Origin: Kiritimatiellales bacterium
GTDB taxonomy: Bacteria > Verrucomicrobiota > Kiritimatiellia > Kiritimatiellales > Tichowtungiaceae
Length of the DNA stretch: 42,300 nt
NCBI GenBank assembly: GCA_041674365.1
Contig: JBAYVX010000001.1
Location: 1-42,300 of the forward strand
Direction of reading: 5' to 3'
A program made the translations under genes and the position numbers. How positions within the stretch are numbered: the first letter of the stretch is position 1; the number at the start of each line of letters is the position of its first letter. The notes under the pieces are model-generated. The model was not told the DNA's origin. It worked only from the letters and a program-made list of their open reading frames with translations, and did not search any database. Positions 1 through 12,200 of the stretch are shown piece after piece.

Positions 1-1
1 C

Positions 2-154
2 GTTTCACACTTGTACCCCGAAGACTACCTGAAAACGATACACGGCACGGTGCGCATTGAATCTATATGGCTATCGGGGCGCACTGACGTGTACAATCTC
101 GAAGTGGACGATACGCACGACTATGCGATTGAAAACGGAGTTATTGTCCACAAC
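2..154 (+). mobile_element. Intein C-terminal splicing region (blocks F and G)
   Basis: DVYNLEV...H (block F) and VIVHN (block G), followed by +1 Cys at 155-157. Confidence 0.9.
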
Positions 155-253
155 TGCCGCTACGTCCTGATGGAAAACCCCATATCTCCCCCGCTCCCAA
201 AAGACAAACCGACCATCCCCGCATTCGATCCGCTTGATATGTACAAACGTTAG
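2..253 (+). CDS. terL: Terminase large subunit, C-terminal part (intein C-half plus C-extein); continues the gene at 40752-42300
   Basis: Frame open from base 2: VSHLYPEDYL...DVYNLEVDDTHDYAIENGVIVHN|CRYVLMENP. CRY completes the terminase motif EDHAYDE seen at the right edge. Lies directly upstream of the portal. Confidence 0.88.
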   Translation, partial: VSHLYPEDYLKTIHGTVRIESIWLSGRTDVYNLEVDDTHDYAIENGVIVHNCRYVLMENPISPPLPKDKPTIPAFDPLDMYKR

Positions 254-265
254 GAGGCCCCACAG

Positions 266-2200
266 ATGGAAATGCAACCACGTACGCCCGACGCGCCCGG
301 AGCAATGCTTCGCGCGCCCACACAGCAGGAAGCGCCGGGGCGTGTGGGGCCGATAGGCGTTGAAGAAATCTCTATGGCCATGCAGGATTTTGAGTTATAC
401 AAAAAGGGCAAGGCTGATTTGGACGCGCGTGTAAAGGCGAATGAGGAATGGTACAAGCTGCGCCATTGGGATATTGTGCGCAAGGCTGAGCCAAACGCAG
501 GCGACCCCGAGCCGGCCAGCGCGTGGCTGTTGAACTCCATCGCCAACAAGCACGCCGACGCCATGGACAACTACCCCGAGCCGTCCGTGCTGCCGCGTGA
601 GGAAGATGATGTACCGGACGCAAAGATATTGTCCGGTATTTTGCCTGTCGTGCTCGAACAGAACGGGTACGAACAGGTGTACTCTGACATGTGGTGGTAC
701 AAGCTCAAAACCGGCACGGGAGTACAGGGTGTGTTTTGGGATTCCAGCGCAAACAATGGGCTGGGCGACGTGGCTGTAAAGCACATCGACCTGCTCAACA
801 TCTTTTGGGAGCCGGGCGTAAAGGACATTCAAAAATCGCGGAACATCTTCACCATTGAAGCCGTTGACCGCGACATACTGGAAAAGCGGTATTCCTTCCT
901 AGCCGGGAAACTGTCGGGCACGGCCATCGACATACCGCAGTACACCTCCAATTCACAGCTTGACACCACGAAAAAGGTTGTCGTGGTGGATTGGTATTAC
1001 AAGGTTGCGGACGGAACGCGGCAAATACTGCACTACTGCAAGTTTGTAGGCCGGGAGCTGATCTACGCCAGCGAGAACGACGAACAGTATCGGCAAAGCG
1101 GCTATTACATCCATGGCGAATATCCGTTCGTGTTCGATACGCTGTTCCAAACCGAGGGCGACCCTGCCGGGTTTGGGTACATCGACGTGTGCAAGGACGC
1201 GCAGATGTACATTGACAAGATGGGGCAAGCGATCTTGAAGAACGCGCTGTTCAATGCGAAGCCCCGTTATTTCGTCAAAGCAGACGGCGGAGTAAACGAG
1301 AGTGAATTTGCCGACCCGACCAAAGACTTTGTGCATACATCCGGCGCGCGACTGGGCGAGGAAGATATTCGCCCCATCGTTACATCCACGCTTAACCCGT
1401 TGTACGTTCAAATCATGAACGCCAAGATTGACGAACTGAAGGAAACCAGCGGCAACCGAGACGTGAACTCAGGCGGCTCCCAAAATGGCGTGACAGCCGC
1501 TTCTGCGATTGCCGCCATGCAAGAAGCAGGCTCCAAACTATCCCGTGACATGATTAAGTCCAGCTATCGGGCGTACACCAAGGTAAACTATTACGTACTA
1601 GAGAATATCAGGCAGTTCTACACAGAGCCACGCAGTTTCCGCATTGTCGGCGAACGTGGCGCGATGAAGTACGTCCAGTTCAACAGCCGCCGTATGCAGC
1701 AGCGGCCACAGGGCGACATGGGCATGGATATGGGCTACCGGATGCCGATCTTCGACATAAAAGTTAGGGCGCACCGCGAAAACCCATTCAGCCGCATTGC
1801 GCAAAACGAACTGGCGCTGTCCTTCTTCGGGCGCGGATTCTTTAACCCGCAGCTGTCCGACCAGGCGCTCGCCTGCATCGAAATGATGGACTTCGAGGGC
1901 AAAGACCAGACCACTCAGCGGATCGCGGAGAACGGCACTTTGTATCAGCAGCTTCAACAGATGATGGGGCAAATGCTAAAGCTGGGGCAAATCGTGGAAG
2001 CGGATCACCCGGAATACGCCGGGTTTACCCAAAGCATGGCACAGCAGCTAGGCGCATCCGCACAGCAGCCCATGATAAGCACAGGTGGCGACGTGCCGAC
2101 CAGCACAAACACATTGGGTGACGTGCGCCAGACCAGCAAGAACAACACCACGACCAAGGCGAAGGACAGCGCGCAGGCAGTAGCCGCGCCTGCGAAGTAG
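266..2200 (+). CDS. Portal protein (P22/podovirus-like)
   Basis: 644 aa, directly after terL, GGAGG RBS. Motifs YPEPSVLPREEDD, GTGVQGVFWD, YPFVFD and TAASAIAAMQEAG, with a Gln-rich C-terminus. Confidence 0.85.
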   Translation: MEMQPRTPDAPGAMLRAPTQQEAPGRVGPIGVEEISMAMQDFELYKKGKADLDARVKANEEWYKLRHWDIVRKAEPNAGDPEPASAWLLNSIANKHADAMDNYPEPSVLPREEDDVPDAKILSGILPVVLEQNGYEQVYSDMWWYKLKTGTGVQGVFWDSSANNGLGDVAVKHIDLLNIFWEPGVKDIQKSRNIFTIEAVDRDILEKRYSFLAGKLSGTAIDIPQYTSNSQLDTTKKVVVVDWYYKVADGTRQILHYCKFVGRELIYASENDEQYRQSGYYIHGEYPFVFDTLFQTEGDPAGFGYIDVCKDAQMYIDKMGQAILKNALFNAKPRYFVKADGGVNESEFADPTKDFVHTSGARLGEEDIRPIVTSTLNPLYVQIMNAKIDELKETSGNRDVNSGGSQNGVTAASAIAAMQEAGSKLSRDMIKSSYRAYTKVNYYVLENIRQFYTEPRSFRIVGERGAMKYVQFNSRRMQQRPQGDMGMDMGYRMPIFDIKVRAHRENPFSRIAQNELALSFFGRGFFNPQLSDQALACIEMMDFEGKDQTTQRIAENGTLYQQLQQMMGQMLKLGQIVEADHPEYAGFTQSMAQQLGASAQQPMISTGGDVPTSTNTLGDVRQTSKNNTTTKAKDSAQAVAAPAK

Positions 2201-2210
2201 GAGGCAGCAT

Positions 2211-3290
2211 ATGGCGACGTACAGCACGCTCAAATACGGCTCTACCGGCGATGAAGTCAAGACTTTGCAGCAGTTGCTTGCTGAAAAAGCGGGCTATGGC
2301 GGCAATGTCAACGGCACGTTTGGAACAGGCACGCAAGCGGCTTTGAAGAAGTATCAGCAGGAAAACGGCTTAACCGCGTCTGGAATTGCCGATACTGATA
2401 CGTGGTCAAAGATTACCGCTGTTGATCCGGTATACGCCACCACGCCGCGTGGTACGCAGTACGACACGGCCACCACCACGCCCACCAAGGCCGACTTAGG
2501 GGCACTTGAGGGCAGCGCACCTGCGGCGTACAACAGCCCATACACGCAACAGCTTGACGAGTTGTATAATCAGGTTATGTCGCGGCAGGATTTCAGCTAC
2601 GACTACGCCGCCGACCCGATCTATCAGCAAATGTCACAGCGATACCAGCAGCAGGGGAAAAGCGCCATGCAAGACACGATGGCGAACGCGGCCACGCTGA
2701 CGGGCGGCTATGGCAATTCCTACGGCGTAGCAGCCGGGCAACAGGCGTACAACGAATATTTGCAGGGCGCGAATGACAATATTGCAGATTTGTACTCGAA
2801 CGCACGGAGCCAGTACAACCAGCAAGGCAGCGACATGCTGAACCAGCTATCCGCGCTTCAAGGCCGCGAGAGCACCGCCTACAATCAGTATCAAGGCGGC
2901 GTAGACGATTACTATACCCAACTGGCCTATTACCAGCAGAAAGCCGCGCAGGAGCAGGATCAGTCCAATTGGCAAGCGGAGTATGACCTTGCGAATCCCG
3001 CCAAAAGCGGAAGTGGCAGTTCCGGTTCTTCGAGCAGGTATTCCAGCAGCAGTTCTGGCGGCGGCACTACGCCGAAGCCGAATCCTACTCCTGACACCAC
3101 TCCACCGCCGAGTGGACAGGCCAGTCTTTCTGCGGCCACCGCTGCGATACGCACCATAACCGCCACCGAAGGGCAGACCGCCGCATACCGCGCAATTAAA
3201 GATATGCTAGAGAACGATGAGATTTCAGAAGCTACGGCTAAAGCTTTGCGGAACAACGGCAGCATCTTCAAGCAGGGGGTGACGGCCTAA
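2211..3290 (+). CDS. Virion pilot/ejection-like protein with N-terminal peptidoglycan-binding (PG_binding_1) domain
   Basis: LKYGSTGDEVKTLQQLL...GTFGTGTQAALKKYQQENGLTASGIADTDTW is PG_binding_1. The rest is Q/Y/N/G-rich and helical with a Ser/Pro linker. Confidence 0.65.
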   Translation: MATYSTLKYGSTGDEVKTLQQLLAEKAGYGGNVNGTFGTGTQAALKKYQQENGLTASGIADTDTWSKITAVDPVYATTPRGTQYDTATTTPTKADLGALEGSAPAAYNSPYTQQLDELYNQVMSRQDFSYDYAADPIYQQMSQRYQQQGKSAMQDTMANAATLTGGYGNSYGVAAGQQAYNEYLQGANDNIADLYSNARSQYNQQGSDMLNQLSALQGRESTAYNQYQGGVDDYYTQLAYYQQKAAQEQDQSNWQAEYDLANPAKSGSGSSGSSSRYSSSSSGGGTTPKPNPTPDTTPPPSGQASLSAATAAIRTITATEGQTAAYRAIKDMLENDEISEATAKALRNNGSIFKQGVTA

Positions 3291-6200
3291 TGACCACAGA
3301 CGAACTACTTGCCCGGCGAAAGCAGCGCCAACAGGCCAGCATACCCGCCGTAAACAGCGGTGGCGGCGGCAGCACCTCTCGCGCCATAAAAGAATCCGAT
3401 TCGGATTCAGACCAAGCCCAATCGCTGCTGGAACGCCGTAAGGCGCGCCAGCAGTCTACTGCATCCGGGTCTATTGACTACGCGCAAAGCTGGTTGGACA
3501 TGGCACGCGGCACGACGGAAAAGGCTGGGAGCACCTACGGCGGATATAGGACGCAATTCGACGAAATCAATGATCTAATCCGCAAAGCGCCCGATGTGCT
3601 TTCCGATCTGACGAAGACGAAGCGCTCGTTGAGCAGCGATGACTATGCAAAGGCGCAATCCACGCTGTATGGCGCCTACTCCGGCTTGAAGTCTATCCGC
3701 GACCAGTACAGCCAATACCCCACCCAAGAGGACTACGCCAACGCGCTTGACCAGCAGGCGAACGCGGCCAAGGCGGGCATCAACACCACGCAAAGCCAGA
3801 TTGCGCAAGTTGACGAAGCCATGCGCAACGAACAACTCAACCCCGTTAGGTATCCTTCTTTGTTCACCGTCAAGGCCACCACGTTCAACCGCGATGCGTA
3901 CCGCAACATTTTGGAAAACCCGGAACTGGACGATGCAGCCCGCAAGCGGATAGAGAACTATAATTCGCTTTCTGGGTATGCCGGGTACGAAAGCAAGACC
4001 GGCGAACCGGAAACCATTGTGCCGCAGAAAAACGCGGAGTTGGATGGCACGATTATGTGGGTGCTGGGATTGAACGGCCAGCGCGATTACTATGAAGATG
4101 ATATTCGGTTTGGATTGCGCGACATTATGACTAAGCGCGAAGTCAGCGATTTCAATGCCGTGTACAATACACAGGGGCGCGATGCCGCAATTCAGTATAT
4201 TTCCGACATCATGCCCGACCTTATGGAAACATACAACCGAACCGGCACGGTCGCGCAAAAGAACAAACCGGACTATCAGGCGCAGAAGGACACGGCGACC
4301 ACACAGCAGAAGCAATACGAATCCGACGAGAAGAACGCGCGCATGGCGAAGTACCAAGAGCGCCCGTACTGGCCGGGCTTTACCGAATCCTCACAGCCAC
4401 TACCGGGCGAAGAAAACGAACTGCTGGCACAGGTGATGATCTCCACGTCGCGCATACTGGACGCGTCGCGCTTGTCCGAGGGCTTTGTTGACCGCGACGT
4501 GTTGGCACTCATGTCCGATGCCGAAAAGGGCACGTACTACAATATCAAGCACAATGATGGCAAGGACGCAGCAATTCAATACCTAGACGACATGGCAAGC
4601 ACGCTGGGTGAACGGTACACTAAGGCGCGCATGGCTGAATCAGCTGAATATGCTGCGACAAACCCTGTGGCCGCAAGCGCGAAGTCTGTGCTGCAGAACA
4701 TTGCGGGATCCGTCACGGGCGGCTTGACCATCGCCAATTCCCTGTTGACCGGCGAACTTCCGAGCGCCTACTCCCCCGGCTTCTCTCAACAACTCCAAGC
4801 GCAGGCGGCACGCGGTGCGGTGTCTGCCGACATGCCCGTATGGGGGCAAAAGGCATACGACATTGGCATGTCCGTGGCTGACAGCGCGGCGGCTGGCGTG
4901 TTTGGCCCCGGCATGGGTGCGGCCATCATGGGCACCAGGGCGGCGGCAAGCACTATGCAGGACAGCGCAGAACGTGGGCTTACCTACGATCAGGCAGTCA
5001 AGCTGACCATCGTAAACGGTCTTGCCGAGATCTTGACAGAGCGCGTCGAGTTTGGGCGCGTGTTTGGCATGATGGGCGCAGGATTGGGCGCAAAGCAAGC
5101 GGCGCTTCGGGTGCTGAAAAACGCATTCTCTGAGTTTGGCGAAGAATCACTGACAGAGTTCATCGACATCATGGCCGACAAGTTGGTAGCTGAGGACAAA
5201 TCCATCTGGGAAACCAAGCTGTCCGCGTATCAGGCCGAAGGTATGGACGCAGAAACGGCACAAAACCGCGTGATGGGCGATTTCATAGCGCAGATTGGCG
5301 AGGCGGGCGTTGCTGGATTTGTGTCCGGTGGGTTCTTGTCTGGCATAACCGCTTCTATCGACGCATATTCTGAAACTGCGAACACTGGCGCAGACATTCG
5401 TGAAAACTCTAGCGTTGATGCCCTGATCGCAGAAGGGCTTTCTGTTGACCCGAACAGCAGGGCTTACAAATCAGCGCAACGGCTTCAATCCAATCAATCT
5501 GCTGGCCAAGAGGTTTCAGACCGCGCCATTGGAAAGCAATTTAACGCTAATACAAAGGCAATTAAAACTACTAACGCAAGCGCTATTAAGACGCGGCTTG
5601 AAGGGCAGACGAACGCCAAGGCCATTGCCGACGCGCTGATCCGCGCAACGGAAGGAAAGGCGCTGGGCAACTCCTATGCGCAACTCATCGCAGAGAACGA
5701 CGCTGCGCGCGCGTTGCTTGCGGAGATGTCCAACACCGAAGTCGCGGAATCTGTAACCGCGAAAGAAGTACAAGCGATTGCGAAAGGCGCGGCAGGCGGT
5801 CAGATTGCTCCCGTGGCCGTTACACGGGCGCAAGGAGCCGCCACGCCCGCGCAGCAGGCACAAACAGCAGCCCAACCCGCACAGGCCGTTAAAACGCCTT
5901 TCACAGGCTTTAGCGGCGGTGCGAAAACCATCAGTGCCATTCAAGACGGGCAGCCGGTGACGATTACCGGGGTTTCGTCTACCAACGGCGATACGGTGTT
6001 CGTCACGCTGGACAACGGATACACAGCCGACGTATCTGATCTGTCCTTTGCCGACGAGAATACCGCCGCGCTGTACAGCTTCGCCGCAGAGTATGAAGGA
6101 CAGGCGGCAGCCACGTTCGTCTATGGATTCAGCGGCAGCACTCCCCTATCGGATTATGCCGCTGGATTTCAATACATGTACAAGATGGGCAAAGTCAAAA

Positions 6201-9200
6201 TGCCGTTCGCCCAAGCGTACAAGCAGATGCCGGGCAGTATGACCGAAGCGGAAGCGATGGCAGCACACGCGGCGGGCACAAACGCCGCAGAAAACGCGAT
6301 GCCCACGCAAGCGGAGCCCGTTGAGGACGTGGCACAGGAAGACGCGCCGAAGTCACAGGCGCCGAAGCCAGAGACGGAAGCAAAAGCTGAGGACAAGCCC
6401 GCCGAGAAGAAGTACAAACCCGGTCTTGTGCGCTCGTTCAACTTCAAAACCGCCAACCTGTCGGAAACGAGCAAGATTCAGTTGCGCGTGATCGACGCTT
6501 TGGCGAAGCGCGCCGGGATTGCGGTGGTGGTAAGCGATAAGCTGGCCGCCGGCAAGAACGGATACTACAACCACGTCACAAACGAACTGGTCATATCGCT
6601 TAATGCGATCGATGGCGGCTATCTGTACGTCGCCGTGCATGAGCTGACCCATTACATTCAGAATAACAACGCGGTCGAGTACGACGTGCTGCGTGAATTT
6701 GTGCTGCAAAAGCTGGCCGAGCAACAGGGTTACGATCTGGAAGCGCGGATTAAAGAACTGCAAGCCATATACAAGGCGCAGGTCGATCAGGACTTGACGC
6801 GCGACGAGGCTATTGACGAGATCGTGGCCGATGGGTGCGCTTCGATCCTGACCGACGAAACAACCGTCATGGAACTGGTCAAGAAAAACCGCACGCTGGC
6901 GCAGAAGATCGCGGATTTCTTCAAAGATTTCTACGAAGAACTGCGTGATATTGTCATGCGCATCAGCGAACGCGGGCACCCGGAAAGCGCCGCGCTTGCG
7001 CAGGACGTGGCCGCCGTGCGCGAAATCTATGTCACATGGATGGTTGCGCTTGACAACGCTGTGTTTGATCCGAACGTGAGCGCGGGCGTTGCGGTTGCGC
7101 AGGATACCGAAGTTGATGCTGCTGACGATGCGCAGTATTCCGTTGAGCGCGACGCCGAATACATGTCCGCAGTTGAATCTGGCGATATGGACGCGGCGCA
7201 GCGGATGGTGGACGAGGCGGCGAAAGCGGCGGGGTACACCGTTAAGGCGTATCATGGGACGCAAAGCGGTGGGTTCACTGTTTTTGATAAAAACCTCGTA
7301 ACGTGGCAGACTGCATTCTACTTCTCAGACGACAGAAGAGTTTCCGAAACATATGCAGACAGCACCGACAATATAGACCTCAAGGAAGGCGGCAACTTTC
7401 AAAGCGGCGTGTATGATGTATACCTTAGCCCGAAAAACATACGCGTTATCGAAGCGGCTAATACAAGTTGGAATCTAGTCGTAGAAAAGACTGGCGAGGC
7501 GAAAACGTATTCCGAGTTGACCGAAGAAGATATTGAAAAGTTTGAGGATAAATATTCTCAGGATTGGGACTTGGAAAACTTCGTAGACGAAGATGGAGAT
7601 GAGCTGCCCGTCTTCGATGTAGATAATTTCATTCTCAATCCTCCCGGCAAAACAAACGATTACATTGATAGCACAAGGCTCGACGGATATGACGGTCTTG
7701 TATTCCGTGGAATACGCGACAGCGCAACCCCAGATTTTGTTCCGATCTCGGACGTGTACGCGATGTTTAACCCGGAGAGAATCAAATCCTCCGACCCAGT
7801 AACCTACGACGATTCCGGCAACGTGATTCCGCTTTCTCAGCGGTTCAACGCATCGAGCAACGACATCCGATACATGCTCCAAGGCAACACCCCGCTATCC
7901 AACCCCGACCTCATCGCGGAGAACGAAACCTTGCGCCAATCCGTTGATCTGCTGCAAAAACAGTTTGAATTGACCAACGGCCCCGTCATGACAAAAGAGC
8001 AGTTGACCGGCATGGCGCGTGGCATCGTGAAAGAATACAAGTCCAAATTCGACCCGGACACGCTGGCCGCCAACCTTGCCGCCATATCGCAGTTTGTGCG
8101 AAGCGGTGACAATACCGTGAACTGGACGGACGTTTCCGAAGCCACCACGGAGATTGCGCGCGGCGTGTTGGAACAAAGCGCGGATGTGGACGAGCAGAAC
8201 GAAGAAACCACCAAGGCGCTCAAAACCAAGCTGCGCGAAACCAAGATCAAACTGAACGACGAGCAAAAGGCGCAAATCAAATATTACACCGGCATGGACT
8301 ATGAACCGTTCCGGCGTAAGTATTTTGGGCGCATTCGCTTTACCGAGGAAGGAACGCCGCTTGATAATCTTTGGGGCGAACTGCAAGGCGAGTGGCCGCA
8401 CCTGTTTGGAGACGTTACCGCAACCGATGAAGGGCACGTGCTGGTAAATGTGCTGGATTCCCTGCAGCCGATCTACCAGAACCCATACGGCATGGACATG
8501 GACAACGCGGCCGCACATCTGGCGCTGCGGATGTTTGACGAATACTTGTCTTTGCCGGCCGCCACCTTTGCCGATGAAATGGATTTGAAGCGCAAAGCCG
8601 AGGTTGCCGCGCTGCGCCAGCAATTCAAGGATCGCATGAAGAAGCTGCGCGCGGACAGCAAATCGAAGTACGACGAGCGTCTAAAAGCGCTCAAAGCAGA
8701 GGAAGCCGCCAAGCGCAAGGTGCTTTCCGATCAGTTTAAGGAAGCCACAAGCGCCGAATTAAAGGCTAAGCTACGCGACCAATACCGCAAGCTGACCGAC
8801 AAGCGCAATGCTGACGTTGCGGCGAAGATGGCGTACTACCAGGCGAAGCAAAAGACCGACGCGACGAAGCGCAAGGAATCGGCAGTCGCCCGGAAGTATC
8901 GGACGCGGATTGAAGCTACGGCGCGGGAAATGTACGATTACATGACGCGGCCAAGCGATAAAAAGCACGTGCCGCTGTTCATGCGCGACAGCGTTATGAC
9001 CGTGCTTGAATTGTTGGATTTTGGGCGCACGTTCAAATCTGGCAAACGAAGCGGACAGATTACCAACAAGGGCGTAGACTGGCGCGCCGCTGTTGATGCG
9101 CTTAAAAACGAGATCGATAACTACAACAAGGTCAAGGCAGGTCTGTCCAAAGAAAACGCGGACGCATACGCCAACGAATATCTGCTGATCGATCCAGATA

Positions 9201-12200
9201 TGGTGGACACGATCAAGCAGTACGTGGATTCGCTTACCAAAACCGGAACTGTGAATGTTGCCGACATGAACGCCGAACAACTCAAAGCGTTTTACAAGAT
9301 CATCGGCGGGCTGTGGCACTCGATTAAAAACATAAACCGAACATGGTCTAATGCGCGGTACGAACGCCAATCAGACTTTGGCGACGCGCTGAATAGCGAT
9401 CTCAAGGCGCTCCGCGACAAGCGTATCAACGGCAAAAACCCGCTTGCCAAACTCGATGGGCTACTGAATTACGACATGCTGGATTCGTACAGCTTTGGCG
9501 ACCGCATGGGCGCAACAGGTCGGGCGCTGATTGACGAGTTGGACAAAGGCAACCTCAAAAAGATTTCCCGCATGAGAGAAGCTGCCGATTTCACGCAAGG
9601 CATGTTTAAGCAGAACGGCATAACCGGCAAAGATGTTCGGAATTGGGCGAAAACTACCCGACAAGTCACGCTTGAAAGCGGCAAGACCGTTACCATGTCG
9701 ATTTCAAACATGATGGAGGCACACGCGCTTTACCGCAGGCACACGGACGGATACCATTTGCCGCGTGGCGGTATGCGGATTGAAGCGATTGACAAGGGCA
9801 TTGTCAAAGGCGTTGTCAATCAGGTACAGACGTTCCCGGCCACGCCGACCGATCTTGACAACATATCCAGTCTCTTGACCGGCCGGCAGCGCGCCGTTAT
9901 GGATGCAATGCAGGATTATTTGAGCACTACAGTTGCGCAATGGGGTAACGAAACCTCGATGCTGCTGTATGGTTATGAGAAGTACACCGAGGATCATTAT
10001 TGGCCGTATCGTTCTGATCCAAACTACATGCGATCCCAGCAGCCCAAGAAAACCGGGCTTATAAACGGCATCCTCAATGCCGGGTTTACAAACCCGCTCG
10101 TGCAAGGCGCAAGTAATCCAATCTATGTTGGCGATGCGTTTCAGACGTTTGTTAATCACATCATCGAAATGGCATCCTATAATGGTCTGGCCGCGCCGAT
10201 GGAAGATGCTTTGCGCGTGTACAATTACGTCGAGCGGATTGAAAACGCAGATGGAACCATGCGCAACGGCACAAGCGTAAAAGAACAGATCGAACGCACC
10301 ATGGGCGTTCGTGGCAAGGCATACTTTGAAAAGCTGATTGAGGACATAAACGGGACTTCAACCGGCGCATATGAAGCGGAGATCAGCAGCGCGCTATTAA
10401 GCATGGCAAAGGGCGGCATGGTCATGTGGCGCGCGCGCGTGGTGATCCAGCAGCCCACGGCTTTGATGCGTGCAACCGCCATGATAAGCCCGAAATATCT
10501 TGCTGCCGCTGTGATCAAAAAGCACTCCATTGCCGAAATGCAGAAGTACGCGCCGATTGCCTGGTGGAAAGCGCAAGGCGGGTACGATACCAGCGTTGGG
10601 CGCAGTATGCGTAGCGTGATCTTAGGCGACCAGAACGTGCAAGACAAATGGGGCGAAGTAGGGTTTTGGGCGGCGGCACGCGCCGACGATGTAACGTGGT
10701 CACATCTTTGGGAAGCCGTTAAACTGGAAGTTGCGCACGAAAACCCGGCGCTCAACAAGCTATCAAGCGAGTTTTTAGACAAAGCATCTGAACGGTTTAC
10801 GGACATTGTAAACCGGACGCAGGTGGTTGATTCCGTTATGCATCGAAGCCAGATTATGCGTAGCGAAAACGGATTTGCAAAGATGGCGACAATGTTCATG
10901 TCCGAGCCGACCAAGGCGTATAATCTCGCCCGGTCTGCATTCTCTGACGTTGCGAACAAGAACAGCAAGACCGCGCGGCGCAGGCTGGCGCGCGCTACTT
11001 ACGCGCTGGCCGTTACATCGCTTACAAACGCCATTGTGCTGGGCCTGTATGACGCATGGCGCAAGCGCGACAAGGACGAAACATTTTGGGAATCGTTCTT
11101 AACCGAGTTTATGGGTTGGGACAAGTCCAAGATGACCATGGATGCATTCTTGTCAAATCCGATGAACTGGGGCGGGAACTTAGGCGACGAACTAAGCCCG
11201 CTCAGGTATATTCCGTATGGCCGTGATATTCTCTCCATGATGCAAGGCTTTGATATGGAGCGTACCGACATGGCGCTTATCGGCGACATGAAAACCGCCA
11301 TTGACAACACGGTCAAGTATTTTGATGGAACCTCCAAATACACGCCGTACAAGGTGTTTAGCGATCTGACAAAGACGGTATCGCCGTTTGTCGGGTTCCC
11401 CGTTTCCGGTCTGCTGACCACTGGCGAGGACGTTGTAAACGGCATAGCGCCCGGCACAATCCAAACCAAGCGCGACACCGCAAGTGCAACCACGACCTAC
11501 CAGAAGATGTACGACATGATTTTGTCGGGCGACAAGGCCGGGGTTTCCAAGACCAGAACCGACATTCGCACGATCAGCAAAAACGCAGACCTTGCCGCAA
11601 AAAAGTACAACGTGTACGGCTTTGCCATGAAGTCGGACGCCGAAATCGACAAGGGCATCGCCGCCATACTTTCCACCAGCGACACCCGCATTGCCGACAT
11701 GTACGCCGCGTTCAAGACAAACGACGCATCCGGGCTGGCACGCATTCGGAGCGAAGTTATGAAAGCTGGGTTCACAAAAGATATGGTGGATCAGGCGCTT
11801 GTGATCTATCGCAATGCACAGACCGAAACCGCCGCCAGCACGGACTTAACCAAGACGTTAAGCGCCCGGTTGTACTCAAACGATGATCTGTTCGCCGCTA
11901 TCCGGTCTGGCAAGTCAGCGTCCGTCTCCATGATCTACAAGGAAATGCTGGCCGACAGTAGCGCCGCCGATCCCGAAGCGTCGATTCGCAGTAGCGCGGT
12001 ATCCGAGTTCAAGCCCGAGTATGTCAAGCTGTACGATGCCGGGAGTACGGCAAAGATGGAGACGCTTAAAAAGACTTTGGTCGGTACATTCGGCGTGACG
12101 GAAGATCAGATATTCGAATGGCTGTACACAAGTCGATATACAAAAATCAAAGAATCCATCGAAAGCGGCGACGTCGAGGCGGCGCAGAAATACGTTGCTC

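Noticed and set aside
1-253. Naturally split intein or independent 80-aa gene
   Set aside because: Both halves are open to the window edges; circular permutation of one terL gene is simpler.
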